A DNA stretch of 64,000 nt from Lobosporangium transversale (Eukaryota): the NCBI RefSeq assembly GCF_002105155.1, contig NW_019029004.1, forward strand, positions 186,001 to 250,000, given 5' to 3'. A program made the position numbers and the translations under genes. Below, in pieces: positions 1-12,979 of this stretch. Below the pieces are notes generated by a model, which was not told where the DNA came from, did no database searches, and saw only the letters and a list, made by a program, of their open reading frames with translations. Positions within the stretch are counted from its first letter, which is position 1. The number at the start of each line of letters is the position of its first letter.

Positions 1-1
1 A

Positions 2-247
2 AGCTTGGTTGTCAGTACGAAAGCAAATGAAGGTGCATCTCCAAAGACCCCTACTTCTAGGGCGCCGACGGTCTCTTCTGCGGGAGGCCAGATCGTGCGT
101 CAAAACGCTCGGTTTTTTAACCATGGTCATACTCCTCTTAAAAAAAAGACCTCAGAAAAAGATGATCCGTCGACAATGTTGAAGACAAGTAAGGTGCCGA
201 CCGCGGCGACTACAACAGCAAGCACGGCAAGCACGGCTTCAAAATAG
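2..247 (+). CDS. 3' end of a gene truncated by the window edge (low-complexity Ser/Thr/Ala/Lys-rich C-terminus)
   Basis: The frame is open from the window start to TAG at 245-247. It has coding-like composition and is followed by an AT-rich 3' region. No recognisable domain. Confidence 0.45.
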   Translation, partial: SLVVSTKANEGASPKTPTSRAPTVSSAGGQIVRQNARFFNHGHTPLKKKTSEKDDPSTMLKTSKVPTAATTTASTASTASK

Positions 248-715
248 GGCCGATTGATCAGAAATAGATAAGGAGTAGGCACAAATAAATAACAGCAGCA
301 CCAACGATGGGTCAATCGTTTCAGGCAAAAACGGCAATAAAGTATGAAAGAAATCATGACTAGGGAAGGAAACAAAGCAAAGTCTACACGATCAAGGCAT
401 AAAGAACCTGATATTAAGCGCTTTTTTTTGTGCACTATACACACACCTCTACTTCCTACTACGCTTCTTATCACTTTATCCTCCTTTGTTTCATTTGATT
501 AAATGTATAATCCACTAGATAAACAATTGTCTTTTATCAACCTCTCTGAACTCTATCAAGGGCCAGGATTTGGTTATAGGTGATTGCCACTTGTGGACAA
601 CATGTTACCGCTTTTGAGCGAGCGAGCAAATGAGCGACTATTCTCAGTACATGGCATTGTCATAGACATAGTCAATAATTGAAAGCATCTCCTCTCTGTT
701 TTTACTTTATTTTAT

Positions 716-2010
716 TCAACAGACCATAAATCGGTCATATTGTGCTACACATTTGGACAACCCTTGTTTCTCAATTATTAGATGAGAAGATTCAAAGAGG
801 GCCTCCACCAGACGGACCGTCTTTTCTTTTTGCTCTTGTTTAAGCTTCTGAGAATCAAAAAAGGCCAATACCTCGGTCTCGGCTTTTTTCTCGTCCTTCA
901 AAGAGAGTCCTAGCAGCGGATGCAGCGCAGAGGGATTCAGGGTTGTGTTCATATTCTTAGCGTTTGGCTGTATGCGTAGCGAGTCGTCCACAGCGACATT
1001 CTTCCTATTGTTATTGGAGGTGGAAGTAGCAGTGTCACCGCTACCTTGTTTTGAAGTCGGCTCAGTCCACGACAAAACTTGACCTTTGGCCGAGATGGCA
1101 ATGACTTCTGAGGAGCCACCTGCTATGTCAATGATGTCAACATCCAAAGGTCGGTGGATCAGACGTGCAACGTGATCGTCATGGTCGCTCACACCAATGC
1201 TTCCGTTTTCCATCAATACAATATCACATCCTAGAAAATGTGGCCAAATAAAATACTTTTTAAGCGAAAACGACCTTGGTAACTCGATTGAATTATAGCG
1301 CATGGTACAGAAGAAATAAGTAAACAAAAAAAAAAAAAAAAAAAAAAAAAGGATCTTTAGAGAGAAAATGAAGAGAGCCCCTAGTGCTGCTCATCAACAC
1401 ACCTTTAGATGCAACTATTTTTTTAATGTTTAGTTCAGAGTTTGGCGGCATAGATCGAAAGGTTTTCCATGGCTTGATATCATAAAACTCGTCTTCAGGC
1501 GGCAGGTCCAAGAACATTGGATTGTAAGGCTTTTCCAAGGGTAATGCTTCGCTGTAACGACCAAATGTCATGAGTAGTGGTTTTTCAGCCTTGATTTGCT
1601 TTTTTGGCTCCAATGGTGAGGGTGTATCTGCCTTCGTTGTCTCTATTGTCTCTTTTGGTGTTGATTCTGCTGTAGGCACAGGTACTGCTGCTACTGTAAA
1701 GTGCCATGGACTGCAGGCTACATGGGAAATGTTGTAACCTAGAACAGAAGTGATGAGCAGAGGACGCAGGCTCTTCTTCATGATTGGCACTACCTCGCCT
1801 TCTTCGTTCTCTTCACCAAAGGGAATGTAGCCCCAGATGTAAAGCTCGTCATCGTTGCCATTTTTCGGAGTCACAAGAACCATAGAATAGTTCCTATTAG
1901 ATAAAAAGAAATCAGGACAAAAAAAATCAAGCGACGGTGAGGATGGAAACACTCTTTATTACAACTATACCTTACCAGTGCGGTTTTCGTTGGGTTAATA
2001 TCTCTTGTGC

Positions 2011-2045
<35 letters not shown>

Positions 2046-3158
2046 TACCCTGCTGCAAAAATCTGTTTGATGTTGCGTCCTAATGCATGGAAGAATTCCA
2101 CTGGCTGTGGGAGCGAGTCATAGACTTCATCTCCACGACCCAAACATCCTGATCCCCATGACCAAAGTTTCCCAGATTTTGAAAGCGCCAAATTATGAAA
2201 GTTTCCTAGCATTCCAACCAACCAAAAAAAAAAAAAAAAAAAAAAAAAGCATTGAAATGTTAGATAGTCGATAAACTTGACCTAATTCTATTTATATGAA
2301 TAGAAGGGTCGATTCGTTATTGTTACCGGAAGCAACCTGGACTATCTCTTCATTGGCCAACTGGCTCACGAAATGTACGTCTGTCACATCCTCCGTATCA
2401 TCATCATGAAATGATTCCGTTGTGAGTCCAACCTAAAAGGTAATAGAAAGGGGTTTTTTTTCTGCATTAGTGATTTGATCAAGAAAATTTATTTTTAAAA
2501 GAAAGGAGTCAAGGTTACCTGATTGTGATAGTTGGAGCCCCAGACATGGACGTTGCCATCAACCACTGCACAGCTGTGAGCAATCTAAATACCGGCAGTA
2601 ATTTGATCTTTGGTCAGCGTCTTTTTATTTTATTTTATTTTATTTTATTTTTTTAATCTGGCATAAATGTACTCGTAGTTTGTTTGTTTGAGTACTTACT
2701 CCTGTACTTAAGCATGTAATGTCTCTTTCTATGTTCAAAAAGTTCAAACCACTAAACAATTAGATGCTGACTAACCACGTGCTCATATTTTATTAGCGTT
2801 AATGCAGAAAGTATGTACCATTAAATTCGGGTTTCAAGTGTGGTGAAATGTGAGTGGAGTCCCAGAAAAGTACACGCGGCCCAGCATCCTCGAGCTTTAA
2901 GGGAGTGAGTTTTTTTGGTGCAACAGGCTCTTCTGTGGGATTGAATAACCAAGATAAAAATGGGCGTGAATGGACGCGACCTAGCTCTTTAGGAATGTAC
3001 ATCTGTGATGTAGAATTGACATGGTCGATAAAAAAACATCCTGATCGTAATGGCTGGGATCTATTAGATCGGCATGTGGCTGTGAGTAATTGCCTTGCTC
3101 CTCCTATGCTTTTGCCACTGGTACGTGCCTGTAGCTTAGCTGCACGGGCAAGCAACAT
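716..3158 (-). CDS. RCC1/BLIP-II beta-propeller protein with a probable mitochondrial presequence (7 exons)
   Basis: Phase-consistent exons 3158-2819, 2728-2700 (29 nt), 2584-2519, 2432-2327, 2205-2049, 1893-1403 and 1230-716, all GT-AG. RCC1 repeats read ITCLSTGIAHSCAVVDGNVHVWGSNYHNQVG, IVQVASGNFHNLALSKSGKLWSWGSGCLGRG and IFAAGNYSMVLV...LYIWG. The N-terminus MLLARAAKLQARTSGK is Arg-rich and lacks acidic residues. Confidence 0.85.
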
Positions 3159-3499
3159 CAGTAATGTAACTTAAAATAATAAAAAAGAGAAGTTGATGAA
3201 GAGGTGAGAAATGGCTGCAAAGGCCCTCCGGTCGTTAAAAATAAAGTCGTTTCTCCAGTATTCCAGTATCCCAGGATCGACTTGATCCCTTTGCTCTTTA
3301 GAATATTTGCCCAAAAAAAATACATGCCAAGTCACATACATAACAGTGCATTATTCAGTTATCCTCTTCTCCTCCTCCTCTCCTCCTCTCCTCCTCTCCC
3401 TTGTCTTCTTTCTTTCTTTCGTGTCATCCACTCCCTTCATTATCTCCAATTTCGTTGCTGCATTCAACCTTATATCTTGCTCATATTAATCTTTTGTAG

Positions 3500-6400
3500 A
3501 TGGGCCTCATTTTACACATCATCGTTGTGGGCTTGTACGTCATTGCGTCCGCTTTTTCTTATTTGGCTTGGCATTGACAACCATTACTCTTGGCTGACTG
3601 ACACCCATTTCCTTATTTCATTGCCATAGTCATCATGCTCATGGACCCATTGTCGAATATGCCTTCCCCCCATTCCCTGGTCAAAGTGCACAAAATACCT
3701 TGCAGCGTTTAGAAGTGCCTGAGGAATGGTCTCTATTGCCCTTCCTAGCACTGCCAGGTAAAAAAATATCCTTAGTGTCTTTGAATTAATATAGTTCCAT
3801 GTTCCTGAACTCACAAAAGAGTCTCAATTTAACGGAAATCGATCTTTTACTTGCTTCCTTTATGTCATGTCACATCGTAAACTTAATTGGATATCTTTGT
3901 AGACGGAAGTCATCAAAGCGATGAAGATTTTACCTATTTTCACCTTCCTCCTATTAAAAACCGTAAAGATGCTGCGTCAAAATCAACACTCTTTGGCATC
4001 TCTTGCAATCGACAGATCCTGACAAAGGATTTAGTTGTAAAGACAGATGATGTCACTCGCAGTTCAGTCCAAAAGGCAGTTGTCGTACTTGCCAGACAGG
4101 TGTGGAGAAAAGATTCGTTGTTAATATTATTCGTTTCTGTTATATAAAGGGATATATGCTCTTCTCATTGTCCGTAATTGTCTTAAGCTCACGGACCGTG
4201 CATGCATCTCCAGCAAACGTGGTGGAACAAGTGATCTGTTCACATCATCCATTATTATTTCTTGTACCACTTTTCCTGACATCATGGGGTTTTTTTTCTT
4301 CTCTCTCTTTAGCCTATCTTTGGAGTGTTACGACAGCGGTTGGCTGTTGTGACAGCAGCATGGTTTGGTCAGAAGGACTTTACCCAGACTGATATTCTTG
4401 CAGTAAGTGCAAGGATTTTTGATGTGCCTTTACTGCCCGGTCAAGGGAAATAGACTTTATTTGAAGTTATTGAGCATGGACTGACATGGTCAATGCGTCA
4501 CTGATTACAGCAATTCTATGACAGCCTAGATGCTACAGTATCAGAGAATATACCAGACTCGGCGTTCATGATGGGTAAGCATAGCCAAATGAGGAAAATA
4601 TCTTTAGCATTGCCACATATCCTTGATTTCGAATGAATTGCTTCTAACAGCTTGTCTCATGTACCCAATAGGCACGTCACTCGGCGAGCTGGTTAAAAAG
4701 TTCAAGTACAAAGTTTTGGTCTTGCTGAAGTTACTGTTATTGGAAAAGCGGGTAGGCTGAGTGGTCGCATCATTGTGTATCATTTCATGACATATCTAGT
4801 TATACCGGTATGTTAATATGATATCTGTTTGTTGACAAGTAGGTTATTTTCTTTGGATATCCAGTTGAAACACTTTGTACCTATCAGTATTCGTTGATAT
4901 CACTGATTCCAGGGCTGCTAAAGTCACTCCAGGACACGGGATCACCACTCCTAGACTCTCAAGAAGTTTACATGCAGAGCATGTCAAAGACACCAGCTCA
5001 GTCTACAGACAAACAGGCGTTATTTAAATATCTTGGACTTCCACTTCATATTTTTGGTGAAGTAAGTATTCCTTATTTAAAAATGATAGTTACCTGATTT
5101 CCTCTTAGAATGTATAACAATCTTCACTCACATGACTTCTTGACAAACTGATTCATTCCGTCTGTTATGTAAATCACAGGGATCATTTTTTCAACCATAT
5201 TTGCCACTACAGCAGATCGACATACTTCAGGACCCTTTTACTAGGAGCTATATTATTGGAACTACCAATGCCATTTTCCTTCATAATCGGGACTGCTCGA
5301 CAGATGTGATTGTCAATGTAAGAGAGATAAGTCAATGCTTTAGTTAATATTGTCTCTTATACTTCAACAAGAATGCCTAAATTGTGAAAAAAAAAAATTC
5401 TTGGAAATATAATATTTGACACTTAGACTGAACCAGGTACAATTGAGTTCTTACAAGATTCGCTTTCAAGTGTCCTTAGCTTGACTTCTGCTGATCGACG
5501 ATGGATGGATGAAATTATTGAAGCAGTCAACGACAGTGGCGATAATGACAGTATGTACAAGTTTATTTTGAGTTGTGAGACATTGATTCTTGTGAGGGTG
5601 CCCTCATTTTCACGGACGCTGAAAAACTCTTCCTGTGTAACCTTTGTGGACTGCCATAGGACAAACGGAATACACAGGAAGCGATGACTATTTACGCGCG
5701 AAATTTGAAGAGTATATCTTGACCCTCCTGTCCAGTGTAAAACACTCACAGTTCACTCAGGCAGACGATTCGATCGAGAACATTGGGAACCTAAATGGTA
5801 TTGAAATTGTCACAGAATCATGTGGTGCTAGCTTGTCTTGTCTAAATGATAGTTTTCAGACCGACTGATTTTCTTTTTATTTAATCAATAGATAGAAACC
5901 TGATAGCGGACTATGGTACTTACTTTGTCAAAGCCTGGCAAGAGACACCCAACTATCAGCTTTGGAATGACTTTGTGGACTGGGAGCTGTTAAATGAAAT
6001 CGTAGCACCGGGTCATCCATGTCAGGGCAACTTCTCCCTTGCCCATGTGCAGAGACGACTGGCAAAGTATGCACTTTAGAAAGCTTATTGGCATCTATAA
6101 CAATTGCCTCACGATTGCTCCGCAATCCATCTGACTCAAAGCTGATTTATTCATTGATATTAGCCAACTCAAGGATATACGAATAGATAAAAATTTGGAG
6201 CCATTGAAGCAATCGTTTTCAAGAGCATTGACAACTAGCCGAGCGAGACTCTCTAATGTTTTCGACTCAGTATGGCAAGAGTTTGAGAAGCTACAGCCAG
6301 AAGAAGACACAGGGGTAACATCAGCGACAACAGCAACGATAGCACCTCAAGCACTTGAGCCAGCGATATACACTCCTTGTACGAGAAATACACCGGCGAA

Positions 6401-7703
6401 TAATGGCAAAGGGCTCATCCAGAGCGTATCTACTAAACCAGTGGCTCAAATTGCTTCACGGTCCGTCCCTGACCCGGAATTGATGCCCGAAGATGACGAA
6501 CACGATCGAATTATACCACAAAGTTCATATAGATCTTCACCTAGGGCCATTCCATCTATGAAACAACAACAGCAACAACAACAGCAACAGTTATCAAATT
6601 CCTCGCCTCGGTCGAGATCTGCATCAGGATCCCCGGCCCCTGCAGCGTTTAATTCGCTTGGCCCCGCAACAGCCGCGACAGCTGCATTGGGCCAAAAAGC
6701 GGCCGGAATGTTCTCAAACGTATCAAGCTTCTTCCAGGCAAAGAAGAAGGAACTCTTGGATACACAGCGTGAAGCAGAGGAGCAGTATCAGCAACGAATT
6801 CATCAACATGAGCGAAAACAGAGGTTAATGCAAGAGCGTGCTAAAGCCACGGCATCTACGTTCGCAATACCCCCTAGACTGTCGCCTTCTCCAAAACCCA
6901 ACTCCAAAGCGCCAGTGCTAAACTCTGCAAAAAACCACAGCTCCTCGACTTCGTCAACGCCGTCGCCTATGACCACAGGGGAAGTGTTTGCGTATGTGGC
7001 CCCCAAGTCACCCCCTTCCCGGAAAAGTCCAACTTCCCCGAGAAGCATAAGGACTGTAGCAGCAACAGCAGCTGGTGAAGAAATACTAGGACCATCGAGC
7101 TTTCCGAGCGTAACGAAGGATATATCTACTGCTCCTGCGCCTGCGTCTGAGCCCATTCAGGTACCGATCATCTCTCCGAAACCTACCGTACCAAATGTCA
7201 CCTCACCAACGTTGACACGTGGGGGCTCATCAGCAGATCGTCTATTGTCGTCACTTCGAGATCAGAGCCAAGATCAGGTGGAGGATCTCGACCAAGAGAG
7301 CCTGCAAGAGTTAGAAAAGGAGTTACAGGAAGCGCTGGAGTCGAATGATATTCCTTTAGCAGCATCAGCAGCAACAGCATCAGTGACATCAATACCAGAG
7401 GACTTTGCCTCTTCTGCAGCGACAACATTGACAACATCAAGATTGTTAGGTGTACAAGAGGGATCTACATCAATTGCGATCACACCAACACGATCTGTGA
7501 CACCAGTGGAGGCATATTCGCCTTTTTCAGAAATTTCACCTCCAACGTCACCCGCGAAAGAGACAAACGATCCATTAGCTAATATCAACGCTTCGATGAT
7601 GGGTGTGGTTGACAACAATAATAAGGAGAAAGAGGAGGAGGAAGAAGAGGAGAAAGAAAAAGAAGATGTTGTCAAGAAGGATCCGTCGCTAGGCGTTTCA
7701 TGA
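3500..7703 (+). CDS. AVL9: Late secretory pathway protein AVL9 (DENN-like), multi-exon, with a long disordered C-terminal exon
   Basis: The spliced product begins MGLILHIIVVGF|HHAHGPIVEYAFPP. It contains EEWSLLPFLALPDGSHQSDEDFTYFHLP, TLFGISCNRQI, VTRSSVQKAVVVLAR, KLLLLEKRVIFFG, FFQPYLPLQQ, LTSADRRWMD, GSDDYLRAKFEEY and GHPCQG, all typical of AVL9. Introns are GT-AG. Confidence 0.92.
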
Positions 7704-7880
7704 ATTATTTGATTGATTAAACGAAAAGCAAACACAATAAGATCACGGTTCACATTGCTTTTATTCTCTAGGGGCTTTATTCACGATTATTTAGGAGGAA
7801 AAAAATACAAATTGAAAAGGAAAGGAAAATGCGAGCTGCAATCCTTATTCTATAAACTGTACTAACTACCTGTTGCTTCC

Positions 7881-9278
7881 TTAAGAAGAGGTAACACGAT
7901 TTCTCATGTTGTGGATGGACAAGAAGAGTGTGAGCATCCAAGCGACGACGCGATCCTTGATCATATACATCAAACCAAAGGAGAAGAACCCCTTGACGAC
8001 TTGACCCTGGCAACCAGTGTAGAGACCTGCAATACCCTTGTCCCTGATGACAGTCCTGAAGACATCTGAGATACCATTAAAGCTCTTCTTGACTGTCTTT
8101 CTTGTCGATCCCCCTGATGCTGTTGATGCTGATACTGCTGCCATTGCACCTGTTTTTGAATCTACTGTTGCTATACCAATCGATGCCTCCTCATCTACTT
8201 GATTTTCTTCTTCAGACTTAGTCTGCAATTTAGTTTTAGTGAGAATGAGTGGATACGTCAAAAATGATGCAATGGCCTTGGAGAATGCACTGATCAAAAA
8301 GACTTGTAATGATGTCAAGGAGGCAGCGGCTGCCAAAACGGATTTTGAAGGGCTAGGATTGGTTCGGCTCACAGTCTTGAGTTGTTGTTGAAGAATCCAT
8401 TTTTTAAAAGTCTCAAAGAGGAAATACGTAATTGAAGGATTGATTGAAAGAATGACTGTAGGTGCATAGCCGGCCCAGAAACCGGTAATACCATCCTGAG
8501 CATAGATCTCTTGAATGATCGACCGAGCCGAAACTTTAGTCGTTGACTTTGGTGTTGCTCCTTTTCCTTCTTGCTCGAGGCTGCTGCCCATGACTTGTTG
8601 TCGCGTGGTGACAACATGGATTGGAGCTGTGAAAAATCTAGAAATTATTCCAGCTTCGGCTCCCAAAAATAATTCCTGAACTGTGGATAATTGACCAGAT
8701 TGACGACGATGCTCCTTGTATTGTCTCAATGCCATGTAGACATAGAAATATACAAAGTTGGAGGTCAACGTGGCCACTGTATCCGAGGCCAGACCTGAAT
8801 ATAAGGCTGAGAAGCCTTCTGTCGCATAGGTCTTACGGATCGCGTCCAACACAGAGGTGTAACGAACTTTTCTGGAAGTGGAAGAAGATAAAGAGAGAGA
8901 AGAAGAGGAGGCAACTTTATGTGTTGTAGTGGTGGTGGTGATGGTGGTTTTAGTGATCTTCTTTTTACGACCATCCTCTCCAATTGTGATATCAGACGAG
9001 GTAGCAGTTGTACTGGAGGAAGAAGAAGTGGAATCTGGAAGGGGAGGACGTTTAAACTCGATAAGCTCCACAGTTTCATTTGAAGCAGAGGCAGAGGCAG
9101 AAGCAGTTTTCTGCAAAGGGATCAATCCTGTTACTGAAGACTCTGAAGGATCCTTAGTGGACTGGCTTTGTACACGGGTAGTGGCCATGTCAAGAGGATA
9201 GATGACCATATTGGCAAGTGCAGCAGCTACACCTCCGCTGAGGGCATGACCAATAGGAGGTAGTTCATAGGCAACCAT
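7881..9278 (-). CDS. ANT1: Mitochondrial carrier family protein of the peroxisomal adenine nucleotide transporter type (ANT1/PMP34/PMP47), intronless
   Basis: Three carrier repeats with Px[D/E]xx[K/R]x[K/R]-like motifs (YPLDMATTRVQ, APIHVVTTRQQ, YPLILTKTKLQ). HALSGGVAA, NFVYFYVY and ILSINPSITYFLFE are characteristic of the peroxisomal subfamily. Confidence 0.85.
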   Translation of the reverse strand: MVAYELPPIGHALSGGVAAALANMVIYPLDMATTRVQSQSTKDPSESSVTGLIPLQKTASASASASNETVELIEFKRPPLPDSTSSSSSTTATSSDITIGEDGRKKKITKTTITTTTTTHKVASSSSLSLSSSTSRKVRYTSVLDAIRKTYATEGFSALYSGLASDTVATLTSNFVYFYVYMALRQYKEHRRQSGQLSTVQELFLGAEAGIISRFFTAPIHVVTTRQQVMGSSLEQEGKGATPKSTTKVSARSIIQEIYAQDGITGFWAGYAPTVILSINPSITYFLFETFKKWILQQQLKTVSRTNPSPSKSVLAAAASLTSLQVFLISAFSKAIASFLTYPLILTKTKLQTKSEEENQVDEEASIGIATVDSKTGAMAAVSASTASGGSTRKTVKKSFNGISDVFRTVIRDKGIAGLYTGCQGQVVKGFFSFGLMYMIKDRVVAWMLTLFLSIHNMRNRVTSS

Positions 9279-9300
9279 TGTCTTTCAAAAAAAAAGAGAT

Positions 9301-9400
9301 GTGGAATGGAGTGGAGTGGAATGAAGTGGAATGAAGTGGAATGAAGTGGAGTGGGATGAAGTGGAGTGGAGTGAGGTGGAGCGAGGTAAAGTGGAGTGAA
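9301..9400. repeat. Degenerate pentanucleotide microsatellite (GTGGA/ATGAA) immediately upstream of the ANT1-type gene
   Basis: About 20 imperfect 5-mers (gtgga atgga gtgga gtgga atgaa gtgga ...) are directly visible. Confidence 0.85.
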
Positions 9401-9549
9401 GGAGGTGAACAAGAGCAGAAAGAGAGGAGAATCGTGTGGGGGAAGGATAAGAAACTAATGGGTGGAATAGAATATCAACAAATATTTACGGAAGACACTT
9501 TACACTGCTGCAAAAGCTTTTTGTTTGTTCAAAGGACAAAGTAACAAAG

Positions 9550-11550
9550 AGCATGTGAAATGTGGAAATTAAGATATTTGAGGTCACATGATGGCGTTTC
9601 GCGTCTGATGGAGATCGCTATTCATGAATATGTTCTATTCCTCACCATCTGCTTGGTGTTACTGTTCTCCAGCTAGATAAAGAGGACGAATATATAAGAT
9701 TCTATTTACCGTGTAGTCGCTGCATTTTTTTCTCATTTACGCTAAGTGCTGATGTCGTGTTTATACACATGCAGCGAAGGTGTCACAAGCATAATAACGT
9801 CAAGAAACCAACAAATCACTGATGATAATATGGGTCCTATCAACATTCGCAAACATTTGATAGCCTCCCGTAGACATTCATGTCCCTCGGATGGATCGGA
9901 ACTGTATAATATACAATTGATGATCTTCAGTGACGCTCAGGTCTTTTGACACAACTCAGAATGCCTGTAAGAGCCATTTGGGATAAAATACGCAATATCA
10001 CACCCGCAGTAATCTACAAATTAGCTGATGTCCTGTGGCTATTCCGGCTTTCGCTGTTAGTAACCTTTCTCCTGTAGTCCTTCTTCGAACTCAAGCCCTA
10101 GGCCTCATCTTCCACCATACTAGAAAGTGTCTTGAACTTGGAAGCCGGAGACATTAATAGCTTTATCCTATTACTCGCATCTTGGAAGATTAGACGCCGT
10201 ACCAGCTCTCTCATAGCTCCATGTTCGATTAAGGTCCTCTTGCTGTCTTCAATCAGCCCAACAGTATTTTAAACAAAAGCATTGCCTGCATGAACACCCA
10301 TATACGTTGTACTTAGATGTTCTCTTCAGAAAAGCGGTATCATGCTCTGATTTCTGTGCATGGTATTAGCTTGGGTATTCTTGAAGGAGAATGGGCATGC
10401 TGTACTCGAAGGCTTCAAGTACCTAGTGCTTTCGTATATACTATTACAAAGCAGGTTCTTAGTTTTTCATGGCCGACTCTTACCTCACTAGAAAAGCATA
10501 CTCTTTACGTCGGTGAGGGAATAGAAAAGAGAGACGTTTTATAACATGACATTGATTTGTAAAGATTGGACCACTTATCTCGTGGGATTATTGACTCCAT
10601 TGAAGGTATCAACGCCTAATGAGCGCTCATTTTAAAGGAAAAAAAGTCGCAAGCAATAATTACATACACTATTAACAATATATATTAATCAAGCTGCAAG
10701 AATTGGGTTCTTTAATGATGGTCTTTGGTAGGGCCTTAAATAGTAGATTTGAGCTTTGCACAAAAATTCTATCCATTTAGCCATGCGTCCACTCAGATGA
10801 GGCTAACTGATACTACAACATTATGTCTAGATGCCACAGTTGCTACTGATTAGGTCAAGTAGTTGGGAAATTGGGCGAAGTTTAGGTGGTCTGGTTTTCC
10901 CACGCCCACAGCAGAGCAAGGAGTCTGGAACACGGACAGTAGGAGATTTTCAGAACCATCAGTACAAATGACATAAGAAACCTTCAATCAATCCGGTATA
11001 AGAGCCGTTACCTGTTGTTGATATAAATCGACTTTAGCAATCAGACTGGCTCTGATAACATGTCCTGCCATATCCACACATAAATCAAAGGAAGGTTGGA
11101 GCGGCTCACCCTAAAGAGATTGCCATGCGATGCTTTCAATGACCAGCCTGCTGTGACCAACCAGGTCGACAGACTTATCTGCTCCTACTCAGCAGTCTGG
11201 CTACCTTCGACAAACTACTTCTTTGCGGTTCAAAAGGATATGTTTGTACTCATCAAGGCTTAATAGAGAAGTAATGAGGAAAACCTTGAAGCAGGGCCAC
11301 ATAGTTATTCAAAAAAGTCTGCTGCGCGGTTACTCATGTCAAATGTGAATTATCCGAAAATTAAATTTAAATCCCAATAGAAAAACGTGGCCAAAGTCTT
11401 TTCCAAATCAGGAAGGAAAGCCGTATGACAGCACAACTCAAAATCCCGATGGATGAACATCAATAGGCTAAAAACATGAGAAATAGTGGATCTTTAAAGT
11501 AGGGAATGTGTCAATGACTCTTGTCAGTATCGCTTGAGGTGATGAATTAT
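9550..11550. other. Intergenic block with coding-like composition but no intact ORF (possible decayed gene or TE relic)
   Basis: The block lacks the homopolymer-rich texture of neighbouring intergenic DNA. Short protein-like frames are broken by stops, and no family was recognised. Confidence 0.25.
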
Positions 11551-12175
11551 GTGTTTGAAGGCATTTCATCTATTATCATTGTTGTTACTATTATTATTAT
11601 TATTATTGTTATTAATGTTATTATTGTTATTAATATTTTATGATTTTCTTTTTGTGTTGGGTGATATGTGCATTTAAAAAGAAATGTTCAACTGTAGGCC
11701 TGTCAATTAAAGAAGGTGGAGAAAGAATGAAACAGGGTCTTTTTGTAATGTGTCAACATTTCTCACGCTCTGAGCTGAATCTCGCACACTCTCCGGCAGT
11801 TCCTTCGGACGGAAAGTGCAAATAAAGAAAGACTTATTAAGCACAGACACAGATTAAATTTCATTTGCCGATCTTCCCTTTCTCTTCCGCTGTCATGTCT
11901 CAAACCGGCTTAAATCGTAAAAAAAAAAACAATCACAAATGCTTTAAAAGGAGGCCAATCCCCTCAATTTTGTTTTCATTTTTACAACTTGCATAGAACC
12001 CTTGCACTGACAACCCATCCTTACTTTACTTGTTAGAATTCACTTTGCTCATTCCTCTTAACAACTCATTTCATTCTCTTTTTCACTTAGACCCCTCATT
12101 CTCACTTTCACTCCATAAAATTATCAATCATAGCACATATTTTTATCTCTTTCTTGAACTCCCAACTTCACAAAC

Positions 12176-12449
12176 ATGTCTGGTGACCACTATAAAAGCC
12201 CTTTCCTTGACCACCATGAAGACAAGAATGAATTGATTGCTGTAGCGGCCGCAAAGGGCGCTGGTCTTGCCCTAGTTGCCGGTGGTCTCATCGCTTTCTC
12301 TGGTTCTCGTTATTCAAAGGTCTATCAGACTTTGTCCCGCCCCATGAAGATGTTCTTGCTCGGATCTGGTAAGTATAGGTTAAGATAAATAGCAACAGTA
12401 ATAGGCAGAACATCTTTTTGAATGCACAACTAAATCTATACTTGTTTTG

Positions 12450-12481
<32 letters not shown>

Positions 12482-12979
12482 ATTTCAGGTACTGCGGCTA
12501 CTGCGGTTCTCTTTGGTGACCATGCCCGTGTCCATTACGAAGATCGCCAGCTACTTCGTCACTTGGATGCGGAGGCTGCAGAGGCTGCTCGCGCCGAGAT
12601 CCGTGCTCAGCGTGGTATATTGGCTGAGTTGAACTACCAAATCCGTGAAAATCGCAACGTAGTTGTTGGTGTGGCCTGGTTGACCTGTATGGCAGGTTCG
12701 CTGGGCTATACATTTTCTAAAAAGGGTCTGACTACAACTCAGAGGATCGTCACAGCTCGTATGTATGCTCAAGGATTCACAATTTTGACCATGCTGGGTG
12801 TTGCTGCCTTAGAATTGACAGAACCTCCACACGAAAAGAAGGAAATCATGACAGATCAATGGAAGGCTATTTTGGCCAAGGATCGACAGGGTCAATATAT
12901 TGTTAAGGATCCAACACAGCAACAACAGGTCGCTGCTGCATTAGCTGCACCCGCATCATCAGTATCAACTCATTCATAA
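12176..12979 (+). CDS. RCF2: HIG1-domain mitochondrial respiratory supercomplex factor, Rcf2-like (2 exons)
   Basis: Exons 12176-12368 and 12489-12979 (GTAAGT...TTCAG). There is an N-terminal TM hairpin and a C-terminal HIG1 motif LTTTQRIVTARMYAQGFTI, followed by DQWKAIL. Confidence 0.85.

Noticed and set aside
9301..9400. Regularly spaced repeats as a CRISPR-like or centromeric array
   Set aside because: This is a simple 100-bp degenerate pentamer microsatellite without unique spacers.
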